Assembly: GCA_030264375.1 (NCBI GenBank)
Contig: JASCQW010000081.1
Span: forward strand, 93,929,814 to 93,993,813
From: Carcharhinus longimanus
Taxonomy: Eukaryota
Length of the DNA: 64,000 nucleotides
Direction: 5' to 3'
Shown here: one piece after another, positions 24,011 to 36,639 of the stretch
Numbering within the stretch: the stretch's first letter is position 1
Layout of the letters: every line of letters starts with the position of its first letter
Position numbers and translations under genes: made by a program
Notes under the pieces: model-generated
What the model was told of the DNA's origin: nothing
The model's input: the letters and a program-made list of their open reading frames with translations, nothing else
Database searches by the model: none

Positions 24011-25161
24011 AGCTATGAAATGTTTGTTTGCCCTCTAGGAGTGCTGTGATTCTAAAGGCAATGGAAAGGAATCATTCTAAAAAAAAGTTTACGATTGTAT
24101 ATCTTAAAAGAGCAAGATTATCGGGACAATTGATAAAATGCAAAACCAAAATACTTAAACATGTTTTCCATTTGTTTGTTTTTTGTTTAGTTCAGCTGTG
24201 GCGAGTGGAGTTTGTACACAATGAATAATCATAGAATAAGCTCTGTAACCAGATAAGTGCCGATGCACCCACATCAGTGCTTGTGGAATATATTCATACT
24301 CAGTTTTATTGTACATTTGATAATTCCATAAATTATGAGAGGCAGAATCTCGTTAAGAACACAAACATGTGCCTTCAAAGATATGTCGGGGAAAAAAATC
24401 GCTCCTCAGGGCAAAGACTGTTTTTGACGTAACTATATGGTGGAAGAATTTAACTGGCGTAAAGGGCAGTTGTTGAAAAATCCTATTGCAGTGCCTTTAT
24501 TGTGCATTTGAAATCATATCTGAAGCAATTTTAGGGACCATTTAATCCTCGCCATTGATTTCTTAATGACCTTTTGAAATTGTGCATTCCACAATTGGTT
24601 GCTACATTACTTTGGCCAACGCAGGCATCAACAATTGGATATTTTGAAATTCTAGTTTAAATATTGTAACAGATATTTACTTTCTTTAGAAACTACAAGG
24701 CCACTAATGTTGTTGTAAAATTTCGATAAGTGACTTGCAAATTCTTCTATCAGGATAATAAAATTACCACGTCATATTCAGTTGACTATTCAGTGGATGA
24801 AATATTTGCAGTTAGGTAACCTACTGTACAAAATGTTGCAGGGTCTTTTTGATGGCGAAATATTAGCATTGACCGGTATCAAATCTTTGATCTGACAGAA
24901 AATATGACACATCACTGACATAAATTAACGCGTGAAAATGCTAAATTTACATTCTATGACTCATTGTTCTACCTCTGCCCATACTGTGGAAAACATCCTT
25001 CCCTGGCCAGTTAACATGACACCAATTGACGTGACTAAATTTCACCAATGTCATATAATCGTTGAATTGTTATAGCTCAGCAGAAACAATTCGATTCATT
25101 GGGACAATAATAAATCCGTGTAAGTGAAATCTAGCAAGATTTTCTTTTTTGTATATCTTAA

Positions 25162-25428
25162 TATAGAACATTGAACATACAAAAACTACAGCACAAACAG
25201 ACCCTTCGGCCCACAAGTTGCATCGATCATATCTTCTACCTACTAGGCTTACCTATTACCCTCAATCCTATTAAGTCCCGTGCAATCATCCAGAATTCTC
25301 TTAAAAAAAACATCGAATTTGCCTCCACCACCACCGACGGCAGCCGATTCCACTCACCCATTACGCTCTGAGTGGAAAACTTACCCCTGACTTCTCCTCT
25401 GGACCGACTCCCCAGCACCTTAAACCTT
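25162..25428 (-). mobile_element. CR1 3' fragment
   Basis: ORF 25236-25418 RGKFSTQSVMGEWNRLPSVVVEA; tail gaacattgaacatacaaaaactacagcacaaacagacccttcggccc. Confidence 0.88.
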
Positions 25429-25947
25429 TCTTCGAGACAACATTGAACTTGTCTGTGAGTGAAATGACTGATGGTTGTGTTTACAGTGCCATTTCAGGGG
25501 CAGATTATTTTCTTTATGTTTATTTTGGTTTAGCAATGGAGAAAAAAATACAACTAGTTTTCCCAGAAACTGAAGGACTTCGTTCCTGGTACCTTATTTA
25601 AATATATTTTGCATTCTCTCTAAATCCTTTGCAGCTTCAATTTATTGAACATTCCAGGATTAGATATCACACGGAAGCAGTGTTTCATAAAGATTCAGGA
25701 GATCTGCATGTTTCTGCTATCTATGTCTCAAAATAAAATTCATAATGGTACGTTAAGTTAAAAAAATACTCACAACTGCCAGGCAATGGAGAACGCACTC
25801 CTACAGCCTGCCGTTGAGAATTATGAACGATATTTCCTACTTCCTCTGATCATTCGTTCCACCTCTGCTGCGGGAAATCACGTACGAAGACGTACTTTGC
25901 CAACGCGATGAACAAAGATTTCGAGGGCGATGTGTGCATTAAGTTTC

Positions 25948-26245
25948 AGTTATTAGTGTCACAAACGGGTTGACATTAACGCTGCAATGAAGTTACTGTG
26001 AAAATCGCCCAACCACTGCATTCCAGCATCTGATCGGACACAGTGAGGGAGAATTTAGCTTGTGAAATGAACATAACGGGCACTATTTTCGGACTATGAG
26101 AGGAAACCAGAACGCCTGGAGGAAACCTAAGCAGCCACAGGGAGAACACGAAGGCTCCAAATAGATCGTGACCCAAGCCGGGAATCGAAACACTGTCCCA
26201 AGCATTATGAGGAAGCAATGCTAACTATTGTGCCTCCGTGTCGCC
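25948..26245 (-). mobile_element. V-SINE (HE1-like) with a Rex/L2-type tail
   Basis: Head aatagttagcattgcttcctca...ttcgattcccggcttgggtca, V domain, tail cacagtaacttcattgcagcgttaatg...tgtgacactaataa. Confidence 0.85.
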
Positions 26246-26859
26246 TAAAACAAAATCAAGTAACAGCATGCCTGGAAAATTATTACGATTGAAATTTTCG
26301 TTAATAATAATTTTAAATCATATCCTTTGGAAAATTATTATTAACTTCGTACCTTATTTCAATTCGAAAATCATGTTCAAAATTATTTTTTTTAAGATCT
26401 TCGGGACACTTGGCTTCAACATCCCCAACTGCTTTTCATTGTATTTCGGCCTTACTGTTGTTAATTTCATGGCAGTGATAATCCGTTCTCCTAGTTACCA
26501 ATAGTGGTCAGAGAGTCACGGCCAGACTGTAGAGATGTTTCACATGATGAAGTGCGGTTTTGCGGGGATATACAGAGAGCGACTATATGGATTGCTCGGG
26601 ATTGTTCAGGTCGCAATAGCCATGCAAATGAAGGTTTCCGAAAACTCGATTTAATTGGAAGAAATCTTCAACTTTTCAAGACTACTACTGACAAGTGTGA
26701 ATAGTTGCCGATGAAATATCGGTAGAGCTAACGCCAATTTTATTTCTGTTTTATGTGTTGCACCTCTGACTGGTAACCCCCTCCCCTAACATCCTGCCGT
26801 AAGTTTTAACCACAGAATGCCCCGCACAGCAAAATAACGACACGCCATATTCTTTGAAT

Positions 26860-27200
26860 CAGCAGATCACCTTGTCCAACTAACTGTGAGCCAGAATGGT
26901 CAATTATTTTTCACTCCTCGCCTCGATGACTTTGAAACTCACAGCCTGAATAATTATTGTCATTACAACTTGGTTCCACCTCCCCAGAATTCCCTCCACC
27001 CTACGGTCAAAATAGCATTGCCATCACCTGAGGACCCTCTACGCACATGCTGTGCTGAGAACCGGATTACCACTCATCATTGGATTAACCTCGATCATCA
27101 CACTAAACCAACTACGAAACAATACCATTTTTTTTCATGTCTTTCAGGCTACCTCAACTTCAAGCCCAAGGCCTGATAGCAGTACGTCTACTCGACTCTA
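26860..27200 (+). mobile_element. Ancient L2 LINE relic (ORF2 C-terminus)
   Basis: FFTPRLDD...QN...RITTHHWINL resembles L2 FVTSRLDY...QN..A..HITP.L..LHWLP. Confidence 0.4.
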
Positions 27201-27624
27201 TCACCACTCTGGACGTACAGTAGTATTAGGCAGTGCTTCCACCTATGTATGCACTTGAATGCCCATCAGGTTCATGTACCAACGACGCACAATCTTCTCA
27301 GCACACGAAAGTGGCTAATCCCCAACTCCACAACGATCATCTAAACGACGTGTCTCCTCGACCACCTGCCATCCCTAAATCCACCCCTCACCCCCGCCCA
27401 ACAGACCCCACCCCCACCACCCGAACTCCTGCGCCCGCCCCAAATACCCACACCCTCAACTTCAGCCAATTAAGATTACCTCAAATTAACTCATAAAGCC
27501 TCTTGAATACCAGACAGTAAAAAAGCCCCCAAACTGCCCGAAATCCCCCGACTCATCCAACGCATCTATCTTCTCGCCTGTCAGATTGACTGTAACTATT
27601 ATTATTACGGGCTATGTCAGATAC

Positions 27625-27880
27625 TATCATTAAGATCTAGATAGGCTGGGCGAATGGGCCAGGAAATGGCAAATGGAATTTAATGTTGGCAAGTGCGAGG
27701 TGGTCCACNNNNNNNNNNNNNNNNNNNNNNNNNNNNNNNNNNNNNNNNNNNNNNNNNNNNNNNNNNNNNNNNNNNNNNNNNNNNNNNNNNNNNNNNNNNN
27801 NNNNNNNNTGAATGGCGGGGCAGGCTCGAGGGGCTAGATGGCCTACTCCTGCTCCTATTTCTTATGTTCTTATGTTCTTA
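27625..27880 (+). mobile_element. Young CR1 (mostly collapsed into a gap)
   Basis: DLDRLGEWARKWQMEFNVGKCEVVH before the gap; tail gatggcctactcctgctcctatttcttatgttcttatgttctta after it. Confidence 0.9.
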
Positions 27881-30800
27881 AAACAAGATGAATTGTCACT
27901 ATTCTACCGATAGAATAATGCAAAGGGGAAAAAAAAACAAACAGCAGTACATTTTTAGGAGGCCTGTGCCGGAGGTCAAGGCTCGACATATTGAGCTCCT
28001 CCTTGGAGTAAGGGACAAAGAGAAAGTTGGTAATTGATGAAGATTTTCTCTTCGGGTACAGCTCGACTCTAATTCTGCCCTTTATGTTTCCTCTGTAATG
28101 CAAAGAGTTGTTTGCAAAGTTTAATGATATAGCTACAGTTTCAAGAAATGAACCCCAATTAAAACGAGGGGTATTGCTTTGCTGGTGAGATAAGCTCTTA
28201 ATCTGCCGACAAAGAGCTCCATACGTAACCGAGATATGCTCGACTTTAGAAGTCAAATGAGTTTCATTGACTTTTTTATCTAAAATGCAAAATAATTATG
28301 TGCGGTGATGAAATGTTGGAATGTGAACTGAAAGTAACCAGTGTGATGAATAGAACTCCTATCGATGATGTGTGTGGTAGACACCTGCCCTTACAAGTTC
28401 CAGGTCGATGACTGCAATCAGAAACAATATAAAGGAAGCGAGTTGCCACATTTTTCTGTCATCAAAACTGGTTCTGTTTTGTCATATGTTATGGCTAAAT
28501 ATGTGAAGACAATAATTATTACATTTGCAATAAAGAAAACTATGATTGGTAGTATATCTCACCACTGATCTGACTTCTATTATAAATGAATAATGGTTAT
28601 AGTGATGATAATACTAAGAATAATGCTATACATTTTATGTTCTTAGTTGAACAGTTTAAAATTATTAAGAGTTCACTTCTACCAGTTCAAATAATATTTA
28701 CGAGTTATGCGTGTCTACGTGTGTATTTGCATGTGACTTGGTTTTTATGCGCTTGTATTTGTACTCTATATGTTAGTGGTTTATTTATCTCATATATTAT
28801 GTTGCACAAAATTTCGCACTGCCATTTAATCCTTCACTGTTTACGTTCAAATTGATGGGAAAGGGAAGAACTTAGGGCCATCGATAAAACGTGTTCGCCA
28901 AAAAATCCAGCTGGATGTTCAGAAAAGAAACATGTATATGGATATTGACGCGAAGCTGCAATTCGCCATCCCGATCATGGAATCGAGATTGTTATCAACA
29001 CTTGCAGAGTGAAGTTCTGGAAACATTTGAATGAGAAGAACTACGTTGATAGATTTAGTTTCGAGAATGTAGAGCGGATTCACTGAAGCATAAACCGTAG
29101 GGATTAATTAGGTCGAAAGCCATGTTTCCACACCGCGGAACGCGCTGTGCATCCCTATGCTTTCCTCTGGAGTCTATTCCGTGAATCATTCACGTTAATG
29201 TCAATCTCTCGTCTTTTTAAAGATAGGCCGAACCGTTATTACCTGAGAAATTTTGGAGTCCTATGCTAGTATCGCCTCCATTTGCTTGGCGTCAGCGCTA
29301 ACGACGCCAATGAATGTCAGAATCTTCGTAATGAAGCATGTTAATTCTAATTAACTTTGATGTCCCACTCCATTCCTCCTTTAATTCAATGCTTTCAACT
29401 AGAAAACACGCAAATGTTCTAACGGTAAACAGCTTAAAATCAACAGTTTACTGATTTGATAAATGTTAATGCACCGCGTGCACTCCATGTAATGTTATCG
29501 TGTTGGCAGTCACTGAATTACGGAGCACNNNNNNNNNNNNNNNNNNNNNNNNNNNNNNNNNNTTCAGCCAATACCAGGTGAAGTCGTTTGTTTTAACGGC
29601 GCAAAATGTGTTCAGAGTTTGGAAGGCCTTTCATACAGCGTTCAACATTAAATACTATTAACTGCGTTAAGTGAAAGAAATTACAGAAAACACATCCGAT
29701 TTTTATCCGAACAGACCAGAGATATAACTGATTATGTTGAGTGCATACCTGTAGAAGTCATTGTACCTTTTGTTCAATGATTAAAAACAAAGAGATTGTG
29801 GTTATTTTAAATTTGACCACTCTTTCAAATACATTATTTTTGCACAATTCTACAGAATATCTTTTTATCATGAAAAAATGAAATGTTCCATTGAATTCTA
29901 TCTAACAATTCGCTATGAATCCAATTATTTCTATTGTAATCGAATAATTATGTCCCATAATATAGATAACAGATCAGTGACGATCGCCAGCAAATGCAGT
30001 TATTTCTGTGTCTCTCACCAGCGATGCCATTCTGATGGAAATGTAGGTATGAATATTTTATTTTATTATGTCATGGTGCGGACTGAACGCCAGTGGGCTA
30101 TCAGCCAACGGAATTCTATTTCAAGGAGTCGTAGAATAATGAAGTCAGGTGTGATGTTAAGCTGGCTGACGTTTTATTATAACACAATTTACGGTAGCAA
30201 TCAATCTGCTGTTAAAAAAGATACCGAAATAATTCCACAGTCATATAAACCAATGGGTAATAATGGCTAATGGATTATGACGTTATTCCTAAATTTTACT
30301 TTCTGTGCTTGATGTGTAAAAATCAGTATGACCGAATTCTGAAAGCGTCTATTCACATTTCTTTCAAAGGTCGATATGCACGCATTTACTGATTCTTCCT
30401 CCACTTGCGATTGAAGATATAGAACCAGTTTGCTGTTTGACATGCATAAAAAAGCCGGAGAATAATTTTGAAAGTCTTCAAAATAATAGGGTATCCGGTT
30501 GACCGAAGTGGAGACCTCGAACACAATGATGATTGATTTCGATAAGGGGTCAGTGACTAGTCAAATATAATTACTTTGAGATGACATAAAGTGTTAGAAA
30601 AGGAAAATTACGTCAAAAAATCTATTATTTTCCTCTTCCTCTTCGCTTTCAGTAATATGCACTTGGCAACAATAAACCAGCACAGATTTGACCCTGTCTT
30701 TCCAGAGAATAAATGCATAACAATATCGTGAGCGAGAGCATGTCTTCTTGGTCAGATTCATCCAAATTACATTAAAATGAGAAAGAAAAAGTGAACTGTG

Positions 30801-32379
30801 ATACGATAGATGAAAGGAACATTATATAAGAACATGTTTTGTGGAAACTATTACCTTTGCCTTTTGCTTTTCAATATTGTCTACTTGCCCAATTTCTTAT
30901 ACCAACTGCTTGGTATTATCCGGATCAAAGCACTGAAGAGGACTGAGCAGGCAAGAGACGATCCTGCTCCTCTGATTAATGCTCAGAATGGAAATTGTGC
31001 AACAGTAACTTACTTACATGCAACAGTGACACGAAAGATAGGCTATGTTTCATGCAGTAAACACGATGAAACAAAGGTTTAATTTAGCAACTATTTTCCG
31101 TCTAAGTTGCAAGTGCAACACCATATTTGAAGTTAAATGGAAAAGTGTTATCAGTGAGATTGTCGTCAATGTGTGATTTCATACATTTGTTGACGTGGTC
31201 CATAAATGCTGACGAAGCGCTAGAATATTTGTGCAAACGTCTAAAGAGTTTCCGTTCATATTCGAAGAGCAATATAATTTGTTTTCCCGCTATCACTAAA
31301 CAAATTCAGCAGCCTCTTGCATGTAATGGTTTGTTAATATGTTTCACATAAGATTAGCGTATACTTTGTCTTGTAACCTGAAGTCAATCACTCGAGCACT
31401 TTACGACTCGTTGAGTTTGTTTTTTTTTACTCAGAGCCAGTTTGCTCTCGGGGTTGTTCAACACTTGATAACTCGAATCCGCAGAATTTAGTTGTCTCCC
31501 GAATTTTATCCTAGCAGCAAAAAAAAAGGGAAGAAGAGCGCAACTCACCTTCACAGGATATGCTTCGTTATTTGAAAATACAGATTTACAGATATCTACA
31601 TTCTTATATATCACGTGCAGTCGGTAAGTAGAACGGAAGTTTCACAATTCAGACCAAGGTAAATTAGAATAATGTTCTAAGTTTGACTGACCAAATCTGC
31701 AAAAGAAACAATTCTGCATGAAGAATTAGTGTCGAAAATACTGACGGAGTTGTCCAATGTCGGCCGCACCACCGGAGCAGAGCAATACTTGAAGAGAGGG
31801 AAGCCTGACTTTTGTATTACATTTATCAATGCATAATCTAGATGCTCAAATGTGCAATAACTATTAAGTTGCTGCTCACATCCCTGTCAGGATATTAAAA
31901 AAAAATACGTGCATGCATGTTTCCAAGCCAGTCCTTGCGAACTACCCGTGTGTCATGATTTTTTTCAATTCCCGCAAGAAGATGCTTACTTCGCTTATTC
32001 CAACTGAATTACGGCTAATGAAATGACCCAGACTCCGCCAAAAGCAGGTTATATATGCTAGTCAAAATTGCCTTTGCAGACAGAAAAAAACCTCAGCGAG
32101 CCCCAACACAAGTAAGTCAAAATAATCCACGAAAAACAACCAGTGAATTTGTCCAATTTGTTTGGGGGTAAAATAATATTTCTTAAATAGCGAGAGGTTG
32201 GAACGGCTTATGTCCAAAGAGACATACATTTCTATCTTCATCAGTAAAAGGAAGTGACTACGCAGGGTCAGCCAGCAATTAGCGATAAAACGGTATTTCA
32301 GCCGCCGCTGGAGTGGCCCAGCCGTCGTCCAGCCGTCGTCTTGGAGGAGCCGGAATGCATGCTAATTAGAAAGATAAAC

Positions 32380-32912
32380 TTGCTATTTCGTACAGCCTAG
32401 GTGCGATTGCATTGGCATGGTTGTGTGAAGTTGGGGATATTTATTCTATGGACGGATGAATTTGTTAAACAGGGCTTGCAATGGAACTTTGCCAGACTAC
32501 CAAAGATAATTATGATTTGTCTAATGAGTAGTGATTAAGGGCATTCTCAATTGTGTCCACTGAAAGATGAGAAATTCTTAGAGTGGTGGTAGTGATGTGA
32601 TATGTTGTCTAGCTGATGAGTCTAGAACCAAGGGAAGTCGTGGAATGCGGATTACATTTTCAGAGTTAGCTGAGGAGCAATTTCTTCTCTCGGCAGCTGG
32701 TGAATTTTTGAAAATCCCAAGTCAGTGCAAGTTCAGTCATTGATTGCGATCAAAAGAGGTATCGATAGATTTCTCAGTAATTGTAACAGAATAGCATGTG
32801 GACATAGTGGAAAAATAATGTATGAAACAAATAGTCAAGAATAATCCAACTGAATGGCACATCGTTCTCCAACTATAAATTGGCCTACTCTTGCTCTTAT
32901 TTCCTATAGTCA
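32380..32912 (+). mobile_element. Decayed, internally deleted CR1 3' region
   Basis: gagtctagaaccaaggg, tgaggagcaatttcttctctc, tggcctactcttgctcttatttcctat. Confidence 0.7.
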
Positions 32913-33321
32913 TATCTTTGTATCCAATTATTACACACTATTTGCCTAAGCATACAGATGATACCCTGCCAACAGGTAAGGGATTCTCAAAGGTTTATTC
33001 CAAGCGTTGGGATATTTTGCGTAGCAGGTGAATGTTAAAATTATACACGCCAACTCAATTAAAATATGCATTGACAACTGACAATTGATCTCACCAAATT
33101 CAGTTTCTGAAAAAGAATTCGGAAGCATCACACCAATATTAGTGAGTACGATTATGATTTTCCCATACATTTTTGCATTTCAAAATGTCTCAAGGAAATA
33201 ATTTGGCATGAATATTCAATTTTTTTTTTAGTTGTTTGTTAAAATCTATTCACATTCCTACATATATAGGCAAATTAATGAAGACAAAACCCTGATTGAG
33301 CACATGAGACACATCAAAGCT

Positions 33322-33455
33322 TTAACAAACGGTCATCTGGGCTTGAAACGTCAGCTCTTTTCTCTCCTTACAACTGCTGCCAGACCTTCTGAGATATTCT
33401 AGTGTTTACTTTTTTGGTTTCAGATTCCAGCATTCACAGTATTTTGTTTTTGTTC
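33322..33455 (+). repeat. Shark interspersed repeat (Penelope-associated 3' region)
   Basis: ggtcatctgggcttgaaacgtcagctcttttctctccttacaactgctgccagacc...tttcagattccagcattcacagtattttg. Confidence 0.65.
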
Positions 33456-33479
33456 ACAGATAGTGGGTACATTAATTTC

Positions 33480-34442
33480 TGATGTTGCAAAGTTCTCGGG
33501 TTTCCGGAAATGTTCCAGTTGATTGGAACCATACGAATCTCACACCCTTAATCAAGAAAAGAACGAGATAAAATGTGAGAAATTATAGACCAGTCAGCTT
33601 GACCTCTGTAGTGGGAAAGTTGCTGGAATAAATCATTAAGGAGAAGGTGACTGAGCATCTGGAAAAGCTAAGCTCAGTTCACTCGTGTCAGCACGGGGTT
33701 CTGAAGGGAAAATCTTCTTTGACAAACATGTTAAAGTTCTGTGAGGATATAACCAGAAAGGTTGATAACGAGGCTCCTTTGGAGGTGATTTTTCTGGACT
33801 TTCAAAAGGCATTTTATAAGGTGCCACCCAGGAGACTGATCCAAAAGGTTAAATCCGAAGGCGCCCGGCAGAAGAGTGGCTTGGATTCAGAATTGGCTGA
33901 CTGAAGGAAAGCTAAGGGTTGGGATACCTGGGTCCTTCTCCAGTTGAAGATCTGTAGCAAGCGGGGTCAGACTGGGTTCAATTCAGAAGAAAAGGAAAGG
34001 AGGCGGGGAGGGGATGGATATTTGATTGAGGTGTATAAAATACTCAGCGGGATTCATAAACTAAATCTTAACCAAATGTTTACCATCCACAACATTCTGA
34101 GACAAGATGCCATGGTTTTAGGGTAATAGGGTGGAGCTTCAAGACAGAGATAAGGAGCAGCAACTTCTCAACGAAAGTTACGAATCAGTTACACTCACTG
34201 CCCCAGGATGTGGTGGTTGCAGAATTAATCAATGGATTCAAGAACGAAATATACAAACAACTGATCAATAGTGGGATGAAATGCGACAGAGAAAAGGGAG
34301 GCAAGTGTAGTGGGATGAAATGCGGCAGAGAAAAGGGAGGCAAGTGGAGTTAGGAAAAAATGGAGATCAGCCAAGATGATATAGAATGGGAGAGCGGACT
34401 CGAAAGGCTGAATTGACTCCTCACGCTCTAATTCCTATTTAA
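33480..34442 (+). mobile_element. CR1 with an internal deletion of the RT core and a 39-bp tandem duplication (34269-34346)
   Basis: NYRPVSLTSVVGKLLE, QHG..KGKSSLTNML.F, VIFLDFQKAFYKVP; jumps near 33980 from SGV to RRRGG..LIEVYKIL; CR1 tail. Confidence 0.88.
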
Positions 34443-35139
34443 TGTTATCTGTGCTTTTAAAGGCTACACATATTCAATTCGTAGTTATAAATCAGTAAAA
34501 AATTGCTTCACCTCTCTTATATCCAGAGAACAAATCTTCCACTTCTCCCGCAGCTGGGACTTTCAAGTCCCACAGGGGTAAACAGAGAATTGAACAAGTG
34601 GCACATTCTCCGTTCTAACCGGCAGCGCAGGCAGGGTGTGAAAAGTGGTAGAATTCCGACCATAAGATTGCAAGCATATAGGCAAGGTTAACATAGTTCA
34701 CATAATTTATGTTCAAGATGAACAAAATATCTAAATCAAACAAGACAATTCTTAAAAAATATGGTAAAGCGAATAAATGCACATAATTATTATTTAGAGA
34801 AAACCAATCATTTTCTTTTGTTTTTCTTTGAAAACTGAGGTATTATGTTGAAATGTCACATTGCACTCATTTTCAATGTTTTGTCAGGTCACCAAACTGA
34901 TGCTTCACATTATTGACGACCGTATCTTTATGTTTTTCCGCACAATTCTATTATTTTGCATTTTTTATATTTATCATACATCTGCATATTTCGATACGTT
35001 GCATAACAAATAAGATCTCCGAATTGAACATAGCTGGCACTTCCCTTTGCAGAAGTAAACACCATTTGTTACTACATTTTACGGGTCTGAGTAAATTCGG
35101 CTTGTGGGCACCAGTCTATGTAATTACAAGAAATTGTCT

Positions 35140-35280
35140 TACTCAGGGTTATGCATGACCTTTTAGGGTGGAAACTATCGTCCTTACTTGGCTTTGTTTC
35201 CATGTGACTCCACGCTCTCATCAATGTGATTGACTCTTCATTGCCGTCGAGAATGTCCCAGCAAGTCACTCAATTGTATT
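35140..35280 (+). mobile_element. Fragment of the same SINE family as 8050-8398
   Basis: ccttttagggtggaaactatcgtccttacttggc...catgtgactccac...aatgtgattgactctt. Confidence 0.65.
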
Positions 35281-35639
35281 GAATCACTGCGGGGGTGGGG
35301 GAGGGGGAGGTGGCGGCGGGCGGGGAGGAATGAAACTGCGTGGGCCATGCAGCATCGCCCTAAGCATTGGGGACCACAATGTCAAACTCAGTCATATCGG
35401 TCCTGCAAAGTGTTCTTTATTATCACCTTTGGGATTCTACAAAAGTTGGGGAGATGTCCCACAAATTAGCCAAGAAACAGCCTGATTAATTCATGTTCGG
35501 AGAAAAATACCTGTAAGATAATCCCATAACTGAAAGATAATCCACCAGATTTCACATCAGCATTCCTAGATACGCCATACCCCACGGGTCTACTCAGTAA
35601 AATAATCGAAGGGATCAAGAACATTGCTGTTAAGTAGCA

Positions 35640-36180
35640 CATTTTCAGCAATAACTTGCTCACCAAGGTGAACCACTCCTGGCATCATTGAAACAGCCTT
35701 GGTTCAGACATGGAACAATAAATTAAAACACCAGAGGTGAGGGGCGAGTGACCGTCCTGCACAGTCAGGGTACATTTAATACGTATAGCATCAAGGAGCC
35801 TAAAGGAACCTGGAGTCTCCAAGATTCTCCAAGGCCAGAATACCTAACTGTCACCACTTGATATTCAATGAAACTATCTTGTTTTCCTGTGTGTTATCAT
35901 TGACCAGAAACTGAACTCGACTTGCCATATAAATTCTGTGGCTACCATTGCAGGACACAGGCTAAGAACCTTTGGCAAAACAGAATGTTTTTGTCTCCGC
36001 TTGACTCCAAAAAGCCAGACAACCATCTACAAAGTATCAGTTAAAAGTGGAATGTAATGCGCCCCAAATGCCTGGAACTCCTCGAGAATAAGACTGTGGG
36101 TGCAAAGAAGCCTCGGAGATGGGCATGGACAATAAAAATGCTGGTCTAAACAGCAGTGCCCACATTCCATAAAATTAATA
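35640..36180 (+). mobile_element. Heavily deleted copy of the LINE family at 13075-16170
   Basis: ataacttgctcaccaag, ttatcattgaccagaaactgaact, accatctacaaag, tail gggcatggacaataaaaatgctggtc...gcccacattccat. Confidence 0.65.
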
Positions 36181-36639
36181 GGAAATGATAGTGTGAAGTA
36201 AATTGAGTTTGTGAAGGCATAATCAGACTTGACTTGCGTGATTCTGATGTATTACTACCTATTGCGAATCTTGTCTTATCCGAGGTACGATGATAGGCGA
36301 GGCAGAGCTTCGATTACGTACGGTTCCTGACATGAATCCGCTCATCTCGACTGCTTTGGCATCTTACACCAGCATATTGGATGACGGGCCATTCCCGCTC
36401 GCTCTCCACCATAAACCCCTTAAAGCAGTTCAGGCCGTCAGATCAGGTCACTCACCATCTCATTGACTGATGAAACAAACTCCATTAGCTTAATTCCTGA
36501 ACTTTGCTGTGCATCTTTTGTTCGTCTGATCTCTTGCGTCTCCAATCATTGGCAACTCAGTGGCTTTTTCCGGCTAGCTTCAGTTGTTAAGCTGGCACAA
36601 GGGCATCAGAGCATCAATTAGTCCAGTTCAGCTTTCAAG

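Noticed and set aside
27870-28279. ~135-codon minus-strand open frame with a phase-1 acceptor, vaguely Ig V-like (C...W...YRG)
   Set aside because: Lacks the DxGxYxC motif and a suitable donor, and runs into a CR1 tail; about one such ORF is expected by chance in 64 kb.
34269-34346. 39-bp tandem direct repeat
   Set aside because: Two-copy local duplication inside a CR1 tail; no spacers, not CRISPR-like.
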